Positions 17,616 through 20,436 of a stretch of DNA of 20,436 nt are shown in pieces (position 1 is the stretch's first letter; the number at the start of each line of letters is the position of its first letter). The notes beneath the pieces were generated by a model. It searched no databases and had not been told where the DNA came from. It saw nothing but the letters and a program-made list of their open reading frames with translations. Origin of the DNA: Candidatus Omnitrophota bacterium (GTDB taxonomy: Bacteria; Omnitrophota; Gorgyraeia; JABMRG01; JAFGKX01); NCBI GenBank assembly GCA_020354945.1, contig CP070655.1:1113406-1133841 (forward strand). Direction: 5' to 3'. The position numbers and the translations under genes were made by a program.

Positions 17616-18446
17616 ATGGTTAAAGACAGGCTGAAGATTTTTGCACTGATAGGGTATCCCGTTGGGCATACCCTATCGCCATATATGCACAATGCCGCTT
17701 TTTCTAAATTAAAGATAAAGGCATTATATATCCCATTATCAGTAGAGCCAAAAAGATTAAGGCAAACAATAAAGATATTAAAAGACGCCAATATAGGCGG
17801 TTTTAATGTTACGATCCCATTTAAAAGTATCTGTATGCGTTACCTTGACAGGGTTGATAAATTGGCTTCTATGATTGGGGCGGTAAATACTGTAGTGGTT
17901 AAAGGCAAAAGGCTCATTGGTTACAATACCGATGCAACAGGATTTCTTAAAAGCTTAAAGGAAGACTTAAAATTTACCCCTAAAAATAAAAGTGTTCTTT
18001 TAATCGGAGCCGGTGGCGCTGCCAGGGCAGTTGCTTTCGCTTTAGCAAAAGAAGGCGCAAAGAAGATTTTCATAACTGATATCGTCAAAACCAAAGCTGT
18101 CTCTTTAGCTAAAAACATAAGGAAATACTTCCCAAAATGTAAAATAAAATCCACTACGAACTACGATATAGATCTTCTTGTAAACGCCACACCGCTAGGC
18201 ATGAAAAAGTCTGATCCCCTGCTTGTTAATCCTAAATTATTGCATAATAGATTGTCAATATACGACATTGTATATAATCCATCTCCGACGAAATTTGTTA
18301 AAACAGCAAAGAAAAGGAAGATTAAAGCAGTGAATGGGTTGGGGATGTTGCTTTATCAGGGCGCGGAGGCTTTCAAGTTATGGACAGGCAGGCGGGCACC
18401 TGTTGCGGTCATGAGAAAAACGCTGCTTGAGCATATCCCATGCTAA
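17616..18446 (+). CDS. aroE: Shikimate dehydrogenase
   Basis: 'IGYPVGHTLSPYMHNAAF', 'GFNVTIPFK', 'GAVNT', 'GYNTD', 'GAGGAARA', 'NATPLGM', 'GLGMLLYQG'. Start placed at ATG 17616 (uncertain). Confidence 0.95.
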   Translation: MVKDRLKIFALIGYPVGHTLSPYMHNAAFSKLKIKALYIPLSVEPKRLRQTIKILKDANIGGFNVTIPFKSICMRYLDRVDKLASMIGAVNTVVVKGKRLIGYNTDATGFLKSLKEDLKFTPKNKSVLLIGAGGAARAVAFALAKEGAKKIFITDIVKTKAVSLAKNIRKYFPKCKIKSTTNYDIDLLVNATPLGMKKSDPLLVNPKLLHNRLSIYDIVYNPSPTKFVKTAKKRKIKAVNGLGMLLYQGAEAFKLWTGRRAPVAVMRKTLLEHIPC

Positions 18447-19207
18447 CTATCTCAATTTTTATATTCGGTTTAATATTTGGCAGCTTTCTCAATGTATGCA
18501 TATACCGTCTGCCAAAAAAAGAATCTATAATAAAACCTTCCTCTTGCTGCCCTGAATGTAGGAAACCCATACCATGGTATGACAATATTCCTGTTGTAAG
18601 TTATATATTATTAAAAGGAAGATGCAGATTTTGCAAAAAAGCTATTTCGCCTCGATATATAATAGTCGAACTCCTAACAGCGGTTTTATTAGTCTCGGTT
18701 TTTGTAGCCTGGGGCTTAAGTATTAAATTCATTATTTATTCTATATTATTTTGCGGGCTTATCGTAGCTACATTTGTTGATTTTAAGCATCAGATTATAC
18801 CCGATGAAATTACATATGGAGGAATGATTTTAGGCTTGATATTTAGTTTGTTTTATCCACCGCTTCAGGGTGAATCTTTTTGGTATTCAGGCCTTATATA
18901 TTCGGCGCTGGGATTATTAGTAGGCGGCGCTTCTATCTATTTTACAGGAGTAATCGGAAAACTCATATTTAAAAAAGAGGCTATGGGCGGAGGCGATGTG
19001 AAATTAATGGCTATGATAGGCGCATTCCTTGGTTGGAAATTTGTGATTTTGATATATTTCATAGCGCCGTTTTTTGGCTCTGTTGTTGGCATAATAATGA
19101 AATTAAAATATAAGAAAGATATAATACCCTATGGCCCATATCTGTCATTAGCTACAGTTGTTGCGATATTTTGGGGGGATGATATATTAAATTACCTGTT
19201 CCATTAA
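18440..19207 (+). CDS. pilD: Prepilin peptidase / N-methyltransferase (A24)
   Basis: 'GSFLNVCIYRLP', Cys pairs 'CPEC' and 'CRFC', 'WYDNIP', catalytic 'VDFKHQIIPD' and 'MGGGDVKL', 'IPYGPYL'. Confidence 0.93.
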   Translation: MLTISIFIFGLIFGSFLNVCIYRLPKKESIIKPSSCCPECRKPIPWYDNIPVVSYILLKGRCRFCKKAISPRYIIVELLTAVLLVSVFVAWGLSIKFIIYSILFCGLIVATFVDFKHQIIPDEITYGGMILGLIFSLFYPPLQGESFWYSGLIYSALGLLVGGASIYFTGVIGKLIFKKEAMGGGDVKLMAMIGAFLGWKFVILIYFIAPFFGSVVGIIMKLKYKKDIIPYGPYLSLATVVAIFWGDDILNYLFH

Positions 19208-19219
19208 TGGAGGTTTAAA

Positions 19220-20436
19220 ATGTTACAATATATGACTGCAGGCGAGTCACACGGTAAATGTTTAGTCGCTATACTTGAGGGTATGCCGCGAGGCGTAAAG
19301 ATAGACCGGAAGCTGATAAATCTACAACTTAAGAAACGCCGGATGGGTTATGGAAGAGGAAAAAGGATGAAGATAGAGGCTGACAAAGTAGATATATTAT
19401 CCGGCGTTAGAGGCGGCTATACCACAGCAGCTCCTATATCGTTGCTTATTGAAAATAGAGATAAAACTTTGGATAGCTTACCTCCGGTGTTCTGCCCAAG
19501 GCCTGGACACGCTGATTTAGCGGGTATGCTTAAATATAATATCCATGATGCAAGAGACATATTAGAGCGGGCCAGCGCCAGAGAGACTGCTGTGAGGGTG
19601 GCTGTCGGTAATATCTGCAGGCAATTTTTGACTCTATTTGGTATAGATTTATTCAGCCATATAAAGTCTTTAGGCGGAATAAAAGCCCGGGTTGGAAAAT
19701 TATCTCCTTTACAAATAAAGAGATTGGCTAAAAACTCCAGTTTTGGTTGCGCCGATAAATATGCAGAGAAACTTATGAAAAAAAGTATCGATGAGATAAA
19801 AAAAGAAGGCGATACAACAGGCGGAATTTTTGAGGTTATTGCATTAGGATTACCTGCCGGATTGGGCAGTTGCATGGACTATAGGAAGAAGTTAGATGCG
19901 CGTTTGGCTTTAGAATTAATTTCTATGCAGGCAATAAAGGCAATATCATTTGGAGCAGGATTTGATAAAGCCCATTTGAGTGGTTCCCAGTTTCATGATG
20001 CGATATATTACAAGCAAGGAAGATTTTTTAGAAAGACAAACAACGCAGGGGGGCTTGAGGGCGGTATGACCGATGGCCAACCCCTTCGGGTGAGTTGTTT
20101 TATGAAACCCATATCTACTTTGATGAAACCATTGGATTCTGTAAATATAAAAACTAAAAAGCCCATGAAAGCAGCAGTGGAAAGGGCAGATGTATGCGCT
20201 TTGCCGGCAGCGGCTATTGATGATGAAGATGTAGATGATATGGATGCAGATGAATTAGAAGAATTATACAATGAGAAGAATTATAGATGTCAAGCTCCAG
20301 TTTATGTTATTCAAGATGATGAAATTGAAGACTATGACGATGAACTTGAAAGAATGACAGAAGGTTTCGCTATACAATTTACTTTTAATGATTCTGTAAG
20401 TACAACCGATGGAAGTGCATTACAAGTAAACTTTAC
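19220..20436 (+). CDS. aroC: Chorismate synthase; homology ends near 20218, then the frame continues open into unrelated acidic sequence to the window end
   Basis: Hand translation from ATG 19220 (SD GGAGG): MLQYMTAGESHG...RPGHAD...ERASARETA...TNNAGGLEGGMT...MKPISTL...ERADVCALPAAAI, then DDEDVDDMDADELEELY. No stop in the window. Confidence 0.9.
   Translation, partial: MLQYMTAGESHGKCLVAILEGMPRGVKIDRKLINLQLKKRRMGYGRGKRMKIEADKVDILSGVRGGYTTAAPISLLIENRDKTLDSLPPVFCPRPGHADLAGMLKYNIHDARDILERASARETAVRVAVGNICRQFLTLFGIDLFSHIKSLGGIKARVGKLSPLQIKRLAKNSSFGCADKYAEKLMKKSIDEIKKEGDTTGGIFEVIALGLPAGLGSCMDYRKKLDARLALELISMQAIKAISFGAGFDKAHLSGSQFHDAIYYKQGRFFRKTNNAGGLEGGMTDGQPLRVSCFMKPISTLMKPLDSVNIKTKKPMKAAVERADVCALPAAAIDDEDVDDMDADELEELYNEKNYRCQAPVYVIQDDEIEDYDDELERMTEGFAIQFTFNDSVSTTDGSALQVNF

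Noticed and set aside
282-20271. The many short minus-strand and alternate-frame ORFs in the track (e.g. 3322-3711, 14272-14625, 17390-17791, 19417-19875, 20008-20271)
   Set aside because: All overlap well-supported + strand genes and show no recognisable motifs, so they are treated as shadow ORFs.
1-20436. CRISPR array, tRNA/rRNA, T-box or attenuator leader for ilv-leu
   Set aside because: No repeat-spacer array or RNA gene was recognised. The ilvD leader is only about 25 nt, too short for a T-box or leader peptide.

Overview
Bacterial chromosomal segment with every credible gene on the + strand, in three parts. (1) 25-10129 is an AT-rich surface-glycan cluster: Wzx-type flippase, class I SAM methyltransferase, two GT4, one GT2, a B12-binding radical SAM protein, a WecG/TagA glycosyltransferase fused to a 4-TM domain, and an O-antigen ligase/O-OTase-like protein with a TPR-like tail. 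(2) 10075-10856 holds a RAYT-like HUH (Y1) transposase gene. It is bracketed by 35-bp imperfect terminal inverted repeats and preceded by a perfect 26-bp palindrome and an RBS-sequestering stem. (3) 10918-end is a housekeeping run: ilvD-ilvB-ilvN-ilvC-leuA-aroE-pilD-aroC. Several junctions in this run carry small structured inserts: a 9x7-bp inverted heptamer array, double hairpins, and a 137-bp element with 19-bp TIRs. aroC is missing from the ORF track because it has no stop in the window; after about 333 codons it switches in frame to unrelated acidic sequence (chimera or integration junction). Gene order and style suggest a PVC/Omnitrophota-like organism, but that is a weak, unverified inference.
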